A stretch of DNA of 62,591 nucleotides, filler included, from Nitrospinae bacterium RIFCSPLOWO2_12_FULL_45_22 (GTDB taxonomy: Bacteria > 2-12-FULL-45-22), in the NCBI GenBank assembly GCA_001803565.1. It is 5 parts of 5 records of this genome, joined end to end, with 100 filler letters (N's around TTAATTAATTAA, not from the genome) between each part and the next. Parts side by side here need not be neighbours in the genome. Positions count along the whole stretch, not along the records: positions 16,435 to 32,265 come from MHDQ01000026.1; 4 more parts are not named here. One strand, given 5' to 3'. Below, in pieces: positions 20,134 to 29,995 of this stretch. Position 1 is the stretch's first letter. Each line of letters opens with the position of its first letter. A program made the position numbers and the translations under genes. A model generated the notes under the pieces. It ran no database searches. It was given only the letters and a program-made list of their open reading frames with translations, and was not told where the DNA came from.

Positions 20134-21551
20134 TACTCCCTGAGGAGAGGGGATGAGAAACGATAGGCATTATCTTTCTTTTCAAGATAAACGTCATACT
20201 CTAAATACCCGAGTAGTATTTCAATATCTTTGGCATCTCTAAACTTTGAAAGGTAGATGTGTTGTAACTCTGCTATCCTGACCCCTTGAGGGGATTTAGA
20301 GAGTTCATCGAGTAAGACCTCAGCCTTCCTTGTTCGCTCCCCTCCATAGTGCCGCAAGATATGATGATAGAGATCATCCAGATATCGTCTACAGTTTGGG
20401 CCTAACAGTTGATTCTCATAGATATGAGGGATATCTTTTACAGTAATAGACTTATATTTTCGGTAATATGAGATAATCTGACCAGTGAAGATCTGGAGAA
20501 AATAGGGGTAAGCCGGATGGATAGATTTCACTATCTCTTCTATTATTTCTTTTTCTAAGTAAACTCCTTGTCCATAGAGGAGACCTTCAACAAGTAATTC
20601 AGCCTCTTCTTCCTTAAAGGGTGAGAGTTTGAGGCGATCAAAGTCAGCAAAATATCTCTGATTTATATTTTTATCCTCAATATATACCTCTATATCTATA
20701 GAGCCGGTCAGGATAAACCGTAAGTATTTTTCCCCCTCTCTCTTTCTAGCAAACCACTGAAGAAATTCCTCAATCTCCTTCCTTTTGAGTTTTTCAAAAA
20801 AATTGTCAAGCATATATGAAAACTCATCCATCAAGAACAATAATCGGCTCCTTCTGATCTCTTTAAAGGTCTCCTCAGCTTTACTTTGCCAGTTTATATT
20901 GGTCTTTCTGATTTCTTCTTCAATCTTATTCCTTTCTACCTCGTCCTTTGCCCTGACGGCTGCCGTACATCTGGCTGCAAAATCCAGAGGAGAGTAAACT
21001 TTCTCAAGGTCTATATGAATACAGCGATAGTCCTCTTTCGGATTATCACGAATAACATACAACAGACTCGTCTTTCCAAACCTTCGAGGAGCAGTTATGA
21101 GAAGGTTTTTTTCTTGCAGCCTCTGCCAGACCTCTTCAATAGTAGCCTCCCGATTGAAAAAATCATTTCCTGTTACCACCCCACCTGCATAATTTGATGG
21201 GAAAAAATTGCCTCGAGACAGTAGAAGATTCTTTATCCCGATAAGAAATAGCTTATGTTTAAATTCCTGCTTACTTCTATCCCAAAAGATCCATATAGGG
21301 AAAGTCTCTATAGTGAACCCGTGAGTCTGTGGATGTTTAAAAGGAATCTCTTGGAAATTGGCTACGTAATATTCTTTAATAAAGCCTTCTTCTCTGATAC
21401 TATCATTAATCTTGGAAGTCTCTTGAGGTAGACATTCTACAGCATCACTATCCTCTACTCCTCTAACCCAGAGGAATACAAATCCTTTAGGCTTCTTTTC
21501 CTTATCATAGATATCTATAAGGTGTCCTGTTCCACTGAACTCTTTGTCCAT
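20094..21551 (-). CDS. P-loop NTPase (archaeal-ATPase/STAND-like) with unrecognised N-terminal domain
   Basis: Walker A APRRFGKTS, Walker B LLFLMDEF, RFILTGS, HPAYPYFLQ, C-terminal YRFSSPLLREYW; overlaps the next gene by 40 bp. Confidence 0.8.
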   Translation of the reverse strand: MDKEFSGTGHLIDIYDKEKKPKGFVFLWVRGVEDSDAVECLPQETSKINDSIREEGFIKEYYVANFQEIPFKHPQTHGFTIETFPIWIFWDRSKQEFKHKLFLIGIKNLLLSRGNFFPSNYAGGVVTGNDFFNREATIEEVWQRLQEKNLLITAPRRFGKTSLLYVIRDNPKEDYRCIHIDLEKVYSPLDFAARCTAAVRAKDEVERNKIEEEIRKTNINWQSKAEETFKEIRRSRLLFLMDEFSYMLDNFFEKLKRKEIEEFLQWFARKREGEKYLRFILTGSIDIEVYIEDKNINQRYFADFDRLKLSPFKEEEAELLVEGLLYGQGVYLEKEIIEEIVKSIHPAYPYFLQIFTGQIISYYRKYKSITVKDIPHIYENQLLGPNCRRYLDDLYHHILRHYGGERTRKAEVLLDELSKSPQGVRIAELQHIYLSKFRDAKDIEILLGYLEYDVYLEKKDNAYRFSSPLLREYWKRYQFKRRLKE

Positions 21552-22244
21552 TTATTTTCCTCTCCTTTTGTCTATTTCTTTTTTCAAACTGTCAAAGAAT
21601 TCATCTGCAATATATAATAGTTCGCTCATGGCAAAGAATTTAATTTCTTCATCCAATTGGACTGACTTAGATCGTTTATATCTAAGACCATGCTCTTTCT
21701 TATCCCAACCATGCTGAAGCAGAGTCATAATCTGCACCTCAAATTTAATAGGAGATATTTCAAAGAAGAGATGGACTGCACGATGCCCCTTTGCTCTTTC
21801 TTTAGGGATAATATTGATATAGTCTCGTGGTTGTTCCAATAATTTGAAAGGAACACCGTCCTCTGTCTTCTCTAGCAGAAAGTCTTTTATTTTAGTCACC
21901 TCTGACAGGTAATTACATAGGATACGAAATCTGAGAATATCCTTCATCTCCCGATGGAAGTTCTGAAAACTATATTTTTTAGGCTCTTCCCCGATTTTTT
22001 TTACTATACTCTCCCAGCTTTTTATCTGTGTTGTCTCATGAGTATCCAACTCAGGATAGAGTTCCGTATCTAATTGATTTTGTACTCTATATTCATTCAG
22101 CATCCTGTTAAGTTCAGCAAACACAATTGAACACAATCCTTTATGTGGTTGGGTTTTAGCCTCAATATCCCGCTGACATTTTTCAAGAGATAAATAACTA
22201 CTACCTTTAATAAATTCTTCTAATCTTTTATCAATGTATGCCAT
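21552..22244 (-). CDS. RelA/SpoT nucleotidyltransferase-domain protein (small alarmone synthetase-like, divergent)
   Basis: IKSWESIVKK, MKDILRFRILC, DYI...GHRAVHL and FEVQIMTLLQHGWDKKEHGLRYK correspond to the Syn1-Syn4 motifs. Confidence 0.8.
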   Translation of the reverse strand: MAYIDKRLEEFIKGSSYLSLEKCQRDIEAKTQPHKGLCSIVFAELNRMLNEYRVQNQLDTELYPELDTHETTQIKSWESIVKKIGEEPKKYSFQNFHREMKDILRFRILCNYLSEVTKIKDFLLEKTEDGVPFKLLEQPRDYINIIPKERAKGHRAVHLFFEISPIKFEVQIMTLLQHGWDKKEHGLRYKRSKSVQLDEEIKFFAMSELLYIADEFFDSLKKEIDKRRGK

Positions 22245-22264
22245 TTCTAGCCCTTATAAATGCA

Positions 22265-22328
22265 ATAGTTTTATTGCGCAATAAAATTATTGCGCAATAA
22301 AACTATCACAAAATATATATCATGTCAA
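22265..22328 (-). promoter_or_regulatory. Sigma70 promoter of the island overlapped by a double palindromic operator
   Basis: Minus strand TTGACA-N17-TAGTTT (22328-22300); perfect 20-bp inverted repeat at 22265-22306. Confidence 0.7.
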
Positions 22329-22697
22329 TATATTCAGTGTCAGCTTTCTCTTGTAAATCTTTTGTAAAATGGTTTGTCTTTAGGCTTAAACTATGATATA
22401 AAGGATATAATAGTTGTAAAGAACCCAGGTAAGGCAGAAGCACATAGATGATCCCCTTCTTGGTGAAATAGACGATGAAGAAACCGATTAAGGTTATTCT
22501 GGTACTATAATATCTGTGTAACCATCTTAGGGTGGGTAACCTAATTTTTCTTTGGGCCTTTGTGGTTCCTTTTAGTTTCGTACTGTTTTGCGCTTCTTTG
22601 GGGCTATATTTTAGAAGCTTTTAGCGGGCTAAACTATTAGAATTCCAGTTATCTGCAGAAATCTGTGTCCTAAATATACATCAAAGGGAGGACAGAC

Positions 22698-23303
22698 ATG
22701 GAGCTAGAAGTTATCCTCTATTCTGATTTTATCTGACCCTTCTGCTATATTGGGGAGCAGAACCTGGATCGGCTCCGCACGGAGTATAATATAAAGGTGG
22801 ACTGGAAGGGTTTAGAGATCCATCCTGAAGTGCCCAAGCCAGGTTTAAGGCTCTCCCAACTCCTTGGTCCAGGGAGGATAGAGACGCTTTGGGCTAATGT
22901 AGACTATTTAGCCGCCAGCGTGGGCCTGAAGCTCAAGCGGCCTCAGCATCTACCTAATTCCCACTGGGCTTTAGAAGCGGCAGAATTTGCTAAAGAAAAA
23001 GGACGGCTGAAGGAGTTTCATGACCGGGTATTTAAGGCCTACTTTGAGGAAGGCGAAGATATCGGGTCGCTAGAAGCCCTGGCTGCTATTGGCCAGCGGT
23101 GTGGTCTGGACCCGGCCGAGTTAAAAGAATCCCTCCAGGCCGGACATTATTACCCTATCATCGAGCAATACCGACAAGAGGCCAAAGAGAGACAGGTTAC
23201 CGGGGTACCTACTTACATCATAGGAAGTTACCCCCTTGTCGGGGCACAACCTTATGAAATCATGAAACGGGCCACTGAAAAAGCCCTGGAGCAAGCCAGC
23301 TAA
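22698..23303 (+). CDS. DsbA/FrnE family oxidoreductase, selenoprotein (UPFC)
   Basis: GGAGG RBS, ATG 22698, MELEVILYSDFI-TGA-PFCYIG in frame with the annotated 22797 ORF; C-terminal VTGVPTYIIG...GAQP. Confidence 0.82.
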
Positions 23304-23322
23304 AGGAAGAGGCTGAAGAGCG

Positions 23323-23853
23323 TTGACCAGACTAAAGCTCGACCTCCATACCCACTGCTTCGAGGCATTGAAGGCCAGACCCAGTAAAGATTCTGTCAAA
23401 GAAATCCTGGAAGCTATAAAAGCGAAAGGCCTGGATGGGATAGCTATCACTGAGCATGAGAATAAATATTATGGATTTAAAGCCCGAGAAATCCAGCAGG
23501 CTTATTTCGGTAATGAGGTGTTACTTATACCGGGCCAGGAAGTGATAACCCCGGAAGCCTCCTTCATAGAACTTTATCTACCTGACAATTCAACTTTTTA
23601 TACCTTCCGCTTTATTGCCCATCCCTACTATCAGTTTTCCGTCAAGGACTATACCGATATTCACGGTATTGAGATAGAGAATGATATGCATAATTACCAT
23701 ATTGATAAGGAACTGGTTGAATCGGTAGCCCAGGATCACAATTTACTACTCTTACGCAATAGTGATGCCCACTATTTAGAGGATATAGGCAATTTTTATA
23801 ATGAACTGGCCTGGGAAGACTTTTTTATCAAGAACAATAAATTTATAGCATAG
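23323..23853 (+). CDS. PHP domain protein
   Basis: DLHTH, GIAITEH, IAHPY and NSDAH motifs. Confidence 0.85.
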
Positions 23854-24076
23854 GAATTTTTGTTTTGGACACAGATGAACCCAGAAAATTCTAAACCCTA
23901 ATATCTAAATCCTAAACAAATTCAAAACTCAAATGAGCTAAATTCAAAAAACAGTTTTGAACATTTGGACTTTGAATTTGGATATTGTTTAGAATTTAGG
24001 GTTTAATTTATTACTATCCGCATTTGTCTGTGAGAATCTGTGTCCTAATAAATCTTAACCATAAGGGAGGTGGACT

Positions 24077-25252
24077 ATGCTGGCATTAGAAGGGCTTGTG
24101 GTGCTGGACTTAGCGAGGCGTTACCCGGGGGCCTATTCGGCTATGTTTTTTGCTGATTTTGGTGCGGAGGTGATCAAAGTTGATCCGCCCGTGGGAGGTT
24201 TACCTATTCAACCAGAAAATGTTAGTGAGGAAAAATTTGCTGCCTATTATGCCTCGGATCGGAACAAAAAAAGCATTATCCTTAACCTTAAAAGTGATGA
24301 AGGTCGAGAGGCATTTCACCGATTAGTAAAAAAGGCCGATGTGCTGATAGAGGGCTTCAGCCCCGGGGTAATGAAGCGGCTGAAGACTGATTATGACACG
24401 CTTAAAACTATTAATCCCCGGCTCATATATTGTTCCCTGACCGGATATGGTCATGATGGACCGTATGCCCATATGCCCGGGCATGATATGAATTATTCTG
24501 CTATCGGAGGGGCCTTGAGCCTCGTTGGTGAGCGGGGTGGCCGTCCCTATCTGGTGAGTAATCTACTGGCAGATATGGCTGGTGCTGGCTTGCATAGCGT
24601 CATTGGTATTCTGATCGCCCTAATGGCCCGGGAAAGAACTGGCAGAGGGCAATTTGTAGACATATCATATGTTGATGGTGTGATCTCGCTGCTCGCTATG
24701 GATGCCTCTTTCTATCTGGCCACAGGTAAAGTACCCCGGCGGGGTGAGACCTTTACGACCGGTGGAGTACCCTGGGGAAATATCTACCGCTGCAAAGACG
24801 GAGAATATATTACCTTAGGTTGTGCGGAACCGCATTTCTGGGTAAATCTCTGCCGGGCATTAGGCCGGGAAGACCTCATACCCTACCATACTCCACCCGA
24901 AGAAAAGCGAGAGGAAGTGATTTCCGCCCTAGCAGAGATATTTCTTACCCGCACCAGAAAAGAGTGGTGCGAGTTCTTTAAAGACAAAGATACCTGCTTT
25001 GGCCCGGTCTATTATCTGAATGAGACCTTTTCTGATCCCCAGGTACTGCACCGGCAGATGGTAGTTGAATTAGAACACCCTAACGTAGGCAAAGTAAAAC
25101 AAATTGGTATCCCCATAAAACTGTCTGAGACACCAGGCCAGATAAGGAGTTTAGGGGTTCCAACCGGTACTCATACGGGTGAGATTCTAACCAGTCTGGG
25201 ATATACGAAGGAAGAGATCCAAAAATTGCGCCAGACAAAAGTTATTGGCTGA
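24077..25252 (+). CDS. CoA transferase, CaiB/BaiF family
   Basis: DFGAEVIKV, RNKKSI, GHDMNY and GRGQFVDIS motifs. Confidence 0.92.
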   Translation: MLALEGLVVLDLARRYPGAYSAMFFADFGAEVIKVDPPVGGLPIQPENVSEEKFAAYYASDRNKKSIILNLKSDEGREAFHRLVKKADVLIEGFSPGVMKRLKTDYDTLKTINPRLIYCSLTGYGHDGPYAHMPGHDMNYSAIGGALSLVGERGGRPYLVSNLLADMAGAGLHSVIGILIALMARERTGRGQFVDISYVDGVISLLAMDASFYLATGKVPRRGETFTTGGVPWGNIYRCKDGEYITLGCAEPHFWVNLCRALGREDLIPYHTPPEEKREEVISALAEIFLTRTRKEWCEFFKDKDTCFGPVYYLNETFSDPQVLHRQMVVELEHPNVGKVKQIGIPIKLSETPGQIRSLGVPTGTHTGEILTSLGYTKEEIQKLRQTKVIG

Positions 25253-25259
25253 TAAAATT

Positions 25260-25399
25260 TAAATTATATTTGGGACACAGATTTCCACAGATACACACAG
25301 ATAACAGTAAGGAGTGAGCAGTTACTGCTTAGTGCTCACTTATTTTTATCCTGTTAATCTGCGTTCATCTGTGTCCAAAAGGAAATTCCCAGACAATTA
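25260..25399. repeat. Intact GGACACAGAT...ATCTGTGTCC hairpin repeat; other copies at about 11183-11280 and 23867-24044
   Basis: Complementary 9/10-nt-periodic arms GGACACAGATTTCCACAGAT and ATCTGCGTTCATCTGTGTCC. Confidence 0.8.
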
Positions 25400-25693
25400 A
25401 GTTAATTTTGTTACCACAAAAACACAAAGGGCACTAAGAATTTCAGTAATAATCCTTACTTCCCTTAGTGCTTTCTGTGACTTTGCGGTTCATACAACTG
25501 GAAAATAGGGAATGGTCATTTACTATTCACCATTTATCATTTCCGGCAGAACTTCTTAGACGGGATTAACAGGATTTCCAAATTTTTCGAATGGTAAGCG
25601 TTGAGCATGGTATTTACCGCGGTTATTTGGAATTTATCCTGTAAATCTTGTGAGATGCTGTAATTGATAACCGTTTAGAGAGGAGGAGAGGTT

Positions 25694-26491
25694 ATGGGAT
25701 TGTTAGATGGGAAAGTTGCTGTAATAACCGGTGCTGGTAGGGGTATTGGAGCGGCTGTGGCTAAGTTATTTGCTAGCCAGGGGGCTAGTGTAGTAGTTTC
25801 TGACTTAGATGAAGGGCCCGCCCAGGCTGTAGTAGAAGAGATAAAGAAGGCCGGTGGTAAAGCTATAGCCTGTTGTGGTAATGTTATGGAAGAGGCTACT
25901 AACCAGGCCTTAATCAAGGCCGCAGTAGACAGCTTTAAGGGACTACATATCCTGGTACCCTGTGCTGGCTTTTGTAATGATTCTGTCATTCAGAAGATGA
26001 GCCTGGAGGTTTTCCGGCAGATGGTTGCGATCCATATGGAGGCACCCTGGATGCTCTGTAGGGCTGCTTACCCGGTGTTTAAAGAAGCGAGTGCTGATGG
26101 GGTAATCCGCAAGGTCATTTTTATCTCCTCTGAGGCAGGCAGCCGGGGCAATGCGGGCCAGACTAACTATGCCTCAGCTAAGAGTGGGGTTATTGGCCTA
26201 ATGCGGACCGTGGCAAAAGAATGGCTACGCATCCGCGTCAATTCCAATTGCATAGCCTTTGGCTTTGTTGATACCCGGCTGACCCAGGCCGATTGTGGTA
26301 GTACTATCATGGGCGCCAAGATTGGATTACCAGGCAACTTGCGCCAGATGGCCGAGCAAGGGGTCACGATGCGAGGTGGTAGGCTCCTTACGCCAGAAGA
26401 AGGGGCTGGGAGCATATTCTGTCTGGCCATACCCCAGGCCGATGGGATCAATGGCCAGTTAGTCGAGGTAGACAGCGGGGTCGGTATATAG
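25694..26491 (+). CDS. SDR family oxidoreductase (3-oxoacyl reductase-like)
   Basis: TGAGRGIG, NAGQTNYASAK (YxxxK). Confidence 0.9.
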   Translation: MGLLDGKVAVITGAGRGIGAAVAKLFASQGASVVVSDLDEGPAQAVVEEIKKAGGKAIACCGNVMEEATNQALIKAAVDSFKGLHILVPCAGFCNDSVIQKMSLEVFRQMVAIHMEAPWMLCRAAYPVFKEASADGVIRKVIFISSEAGSRGNAGQTNYASAKSGVIGLMRTVAKEWLRIRVNSNCIAFGFVDTRLTQADCGSTIMGAKIGLPGNLRQMAEQGVTMRGGRLLTPEEGAGSIFCLAIPQADGINGQLVEVDSGVGI

Positions 26492-26519
26492 AACTCACCC
26501 TAAAAGAAAGCGAGAAAGG

Positions 26520-27041
26520 ATGCAGAAATTTAATAAAAAGGGAGATGAGGGGTATACTGACCTTCTCTTTGGCCGCCGGGAGCTTAAATGTCATCCCCGG
26601 ATAGAGGCTTATGGCGAGATAGATGAGGCCATATCGCTTCTGGGGTTAGCGCGGGCCCTGGTTAAAGATGAGTGGTCTAAAGAAATACTCCTTGGAATAC
26701 AGCATGACTTATTTCTGGTCAGCACTGAGTTAGCCACTTTCCCGGAGGCCTATCATAGGTTAAAAAAGACGGTCTCTGAAGATATGGCCCAGCGGCTAGA
26801 GGAGCTTATAAACCAACTAGAGGCCAGGGTAGAATTACCACATAGTTTCATTATTCCAGGCGATTCTGTAGTATCAGCCATACTGGACATGGGCCGGGCT
26901 ATGGTTCGGCGAATAGAACGGCAGGTAGTGAGATTGAGAGAAGAAAGGGCTATCTCTAATGGTGCTATCCTGAGCTACCTGAATCGCCTGGCCGATCTCA
27001 TCTATACCTTAGCCCGCTACCAGGAAACCCTGGCCGGGTAA
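26520..27041 (+). CDS. Cob(I)alamin adenosyltransferase, PduO type
   Basis: KGDEGYT, IEAYGEIDE, FIIPG and YLNRLADL motifs. Confidence 0.88.
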   Translation: MQKFNKKGDEGYTDLLFGRRELKCHPRIEAYGEIDEAISLLGLARALVKDEWSKEILLGIQHDLFLVSTELATFPEAYHRLKKTVSEDMAQRLEELINQLEARVELPHSFIIPGDSVVSAILDMGRAMVRRIERQVVRLREERAISNGAILSYLNRLADLIYTLARYQETLAG

Positions 27042-27093
27042 ATCTAATAAAGATGACAGGTCTGGTCAACGGTTACAGAGAGATAATATTGTA

Positions 27094-28119
27094 ATGCTTG
27101 GTCATAGACATTGCAGCTCTAATATTCAACCCCATGACCAGAACTACCAGCTTAGCCGGCATAGCCATATCACTGGGGTCACAGACCCGGTCATTTTTAC
27201 CACCCAGCAAGGTATTCAGGCGATCAAGTGGTCCTTTATTGGCTTACTGGGCACCGCCTTTCTTCAGATCATTGTTGTTTGGCTCTCAGGAAGTGTGGCC
27301 CTTCTGGCTGATACGATCCACAACTTCAGCGATGCCGCTACCGCCATCCCGCTATGGATAGCTTTCAGGCTTACCTGTATAAAACCCACCAGGCGGTTTA
27401 CTTACGGCTATGGCCGGGTAGAAGACTTAGCAGGGGTGGCCATCGTATTTATCATATTGCTCAGCGCCGTTATCGCTGGCTATCAGTCGGTTGCCCGACT
27501 TTACCACCCCCAGGCAGTCGGCTATCTTGGCGCTGTGATCGCAGCATCACTGGTGGGCTTCCTGGGTAATGAGGCGGTGGCCATGTTTCGCATAAGAGTA
27601 GGCAAAGATATCGGTAGCGCCGCTTTGGTGGCAGATGGCTATCATGCCCGGGTAGATGGTTTAACCAGTTTATCAGTATTGTTTGGAGCAGTAGGAGTGG
27701 GGCTGGGCTTCCCACTGGCAGACCCTATTGTCGGTCTCTTTATTACTGCGGTAATCCTGCGCATTGTCTGGGGATCTGCCAAGGCCGTTTTTATCCGCTT
27801 GCTGGAGGGAGTAGACCCAGGTATGATAGATGAAATTAAGCATGCAGCCAATCACGTACCCGGGGTGAAGGAAATCACAGAAGTGCGGGTGAGATGGTTG
27901 GGTCATCGGCTCCATGCGGAAGTAAATATAGCCGTTAATCCGGAACTAACCATTACCCAGGGGCATGGAATTGCCCTGGAGGTACGCCACCAGCTCTTGC
28001 ATCATTTGAAATATCTTTCCCAGGCCACGGTGCATATTGACCCATTGGACGCATCAGGTGAGGCATATCATAGCATCTCCGGACATCGGCACGACGATCT
28101 GCCTGTTCATAAGCATTAA
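27094..28119 (+). CDS. Cation diffusion facilitator transporter
   Basis: SGSVALLADTIHNFSD and ADGYHARVD motifs; His-rich termini. Confidence 0.9.
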   Translation: MLGHRHCSSNIQPHDQNYQLSRHSHITGVTDPVIFTTQQGIQAIKWSFIGLLGTAFLQIIVVWLSGSVALLADTIHNFSDAATAIPLWIAFRLTCIKPTRRFTYGYGRVEDLAGVAIVFIILLSAVIAGYQSVARLYHPQAVGYLGAVIAASLVGFLGNEAVAMFRIRVGKDIGSAALVADGYHARVDGLTSLSVLFGAVGVGLGFPLADPIVGLFITAVILRIVWGSAKAVFIRLLEGVDPGMIDEIKHAANHVPGVKEITEVRVRWLGHRLHAEVNIAVNPELTITQGHGIALEVRHQLLHHLKYLSQATVHIDPLDASGEAYHSISGHRHDDLPVHKH

Positions 28120-28139
28120 GGGGAGGGAGTTGAGGTAAG

Positions 28140-29816
28140 ATGGAAAAGGCTTTAGCCGCGGTATTAACTAGAGAGATAAGGGCCCCGCGAGGAAAACACC
28201 TGGGCTGCAAAGGCTGGACCCAGGAAGCGGCTATGCGTATGCTGATGAATAACCTGGACCCTGAGGTAGCAGAAAAGCCCCAGGAGCTTATTGTCTATGG
28301 TGGCTCAGGTAAGGCGGCCCGCAACTGGGAGGCATATGAACAGATCGTCAAGTCCCTGCAAGCCCTGGAGAATAATGAGACCCTGTTGATTCAATCCGGT
28401 AAGGCCGTAGGTATCCTGAAGACCCATGGCCGGGCCCCCAGGGTAATAATAGCCAACTCCCTACTGGTGCCTAAATGGGCTACCCGGGACTATTTCCAGG
28501 AACTAGAAGCCCGCGGTCTCACCATGTTTGGTCAGATGACCGCTGGTAGCTGGATATATATCGGAACCCAGGGGATACTGCAGGGTACTTATGAGACCCT
28601 ACGGGCCGCTGCAGAGCGGCATTTCGGTGGCAACTTAAAAGGCAAGCTGGTGGTCACGGCTGGCTTAGGTGGTATGGGTGGTGCGCAGCCGCTGGCTATC
28701 ACCTTCAACCAGGGTGTTTGCCTGGCCGCAGAAGTAGATCGAGAACGGATCATGCGGCGGCTACAGACCGGCTATTGTGATACCATGGCAGAAGACCTGC
28801 CCCGGGCAGTCAGTCTGGCCCGGCAATATACTGCTGAGAAAGAGGCCCATTCTATTGCCTACCTGGGCAATGCCGTAGACTTATTAGAATACCTGGTTAA
28901 AATGGATATTACTCCGGACTTGCTGACCGACCAGACCGCTGCCCATGACCCGCTTAATGGCTATGTGCCGCATGGTATCCCATTTAATCAGGCTATAGCC
29001 TTACGCCGTAGCCATCCTAACCAATATATGCAGCGAGCCATGTCTTCTATAGCCGCCCATATGCGGGCCATGCTGGAACTGCAAAGGCGGGGTGCCGTTA
29101 CCTTCGAGTACGGCAACAATCTCCGGGGTATGGCCTTAGAAGCCGGTGTTACTGAGGCATTTCTGGTACCCGGTTTTGTCCATGCCTATATCCGGCCCCT
29201 CTTCTGTCAGGGTAAAGGGCCTTTCCGCTGGGTTGCCCTGAGTGGCGACCCCCAGGATATCCATCGTACTGATAAAGCGGTAATGGAAACCTTCCCGGAT
29301 AATAAAGGATTATCTGGTTGGCTGACCCTGGCCAGTAAAAAGGTTAAGTTCCAGGGTCTTCCCGCCCGGATATGCTGGCTGGGCTATGGCGAACGGGATA
29401 AGATCGGGCTCTTGTTTAATCAGATGGTAACTAAAGGCCAGTTGAAAGGCCCTATTGTCATTGGTCGGGACCATCTGGACTGTGGCTCCGTAGCATCTCC
29501 CAACCGTGAGACCGAGAAGATGCTGGATGGTAGTGATGCTATTGCCGATTGGCCTATCCTTAATGCGTTGATCAATGCGGTGAATGGGGCCAGTTGGGTA
29601 TCAGTACACCATGGTGGTGGAGTAGGGATAGGCTATTCTATCCATGCGGGTATGGTAGTAGTGGCGGATGGGAGCCGCGAAGCAGCCTGGCGCTTGAAGC
29701 GGGTATTGGTCTCTGACCCCGCCTCAGGCATCATCCGCCATGCCGATGCCGGCTACCCCGAGGCTATAGCCACCGCCCAGCGCAAAAAGATAAAGCTCCC
29801 GGGCATCAACCTATAA
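28140..29816 (+). CDS. hutU: Urocanate hydratase
   Basis: [24 protein letters not shown] and SVHHGGGVG motifs. Confidence 0.97.
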   Translation: MEKALAAVLTREIRAPRGKHLGCKGWTQEAAMRMLMNNLDPEVAEKPQELIVYGGSGKAARNWEAYEQIVKSLQALENNETLLIQSGKAVGILKTHGRAPRVIIANSLLVPKWATRDYFQELEARGLTMFGQMTAGSWIYIGTQGILQGTYETLRAAAERHFGGNLKGKLVVTAGLGGMGGAQPLAITFNQGVCLAAEVDRERIMRRLQTGYCDTMAEDLPRAVSLARQYTAEKEAHSIAYLGNAVDLLEYLVKMDITPDLLTDQTAAHDPLNGYVPHGIPFNQAIALRRSHPNQYMQRAMSSIAAHMRAMLELQRRGAVTFEYGNNLRGMALEAGVTEAFLVPGFVHAYIRPLFCQGKGPFRWVALSGDPQDIHRTDKAVMETFPDNKGLSGWLTLASKKVKFQGLPARICWLGYGERDKIGLLFNQMVTKGQLKGPIVIGRDHLDCGSVASPNRETEKMLDGSDAIADWPILNALINAVNGASWVSVHHGGGVGIGYSIHAGMVVVADGSREAAWRLKRVLVSDPASGIIRHADAGYPEAIATAQRKKIKLPGINL

Positions 29817-29866
29817 TTGCAGTAGCACAATATCCTGCTTAAATGCGGAGGCGCAGGGAACACCAG

Positions 29867-29909
29867 ATTGGGTTATTGGGTTATTGGGTTATTGGGTTAT
29901 TGGGTTATT
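29867..29909 (+). repeat. (ATTGGGTT)x5 tandem repeat inside a hairpin element
   Basis: Direct reading; partial complement TGACCTAATCACCCAATAAC follows. Confidence 0.9.
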
Positions 29910-29995
29910 CAATACAGGAATGACCTAATCACCCAATAACGACCACGCCTCTGCGGTTCAATGGTCATTTTTCATAACTTATTGCGTACAGACCT

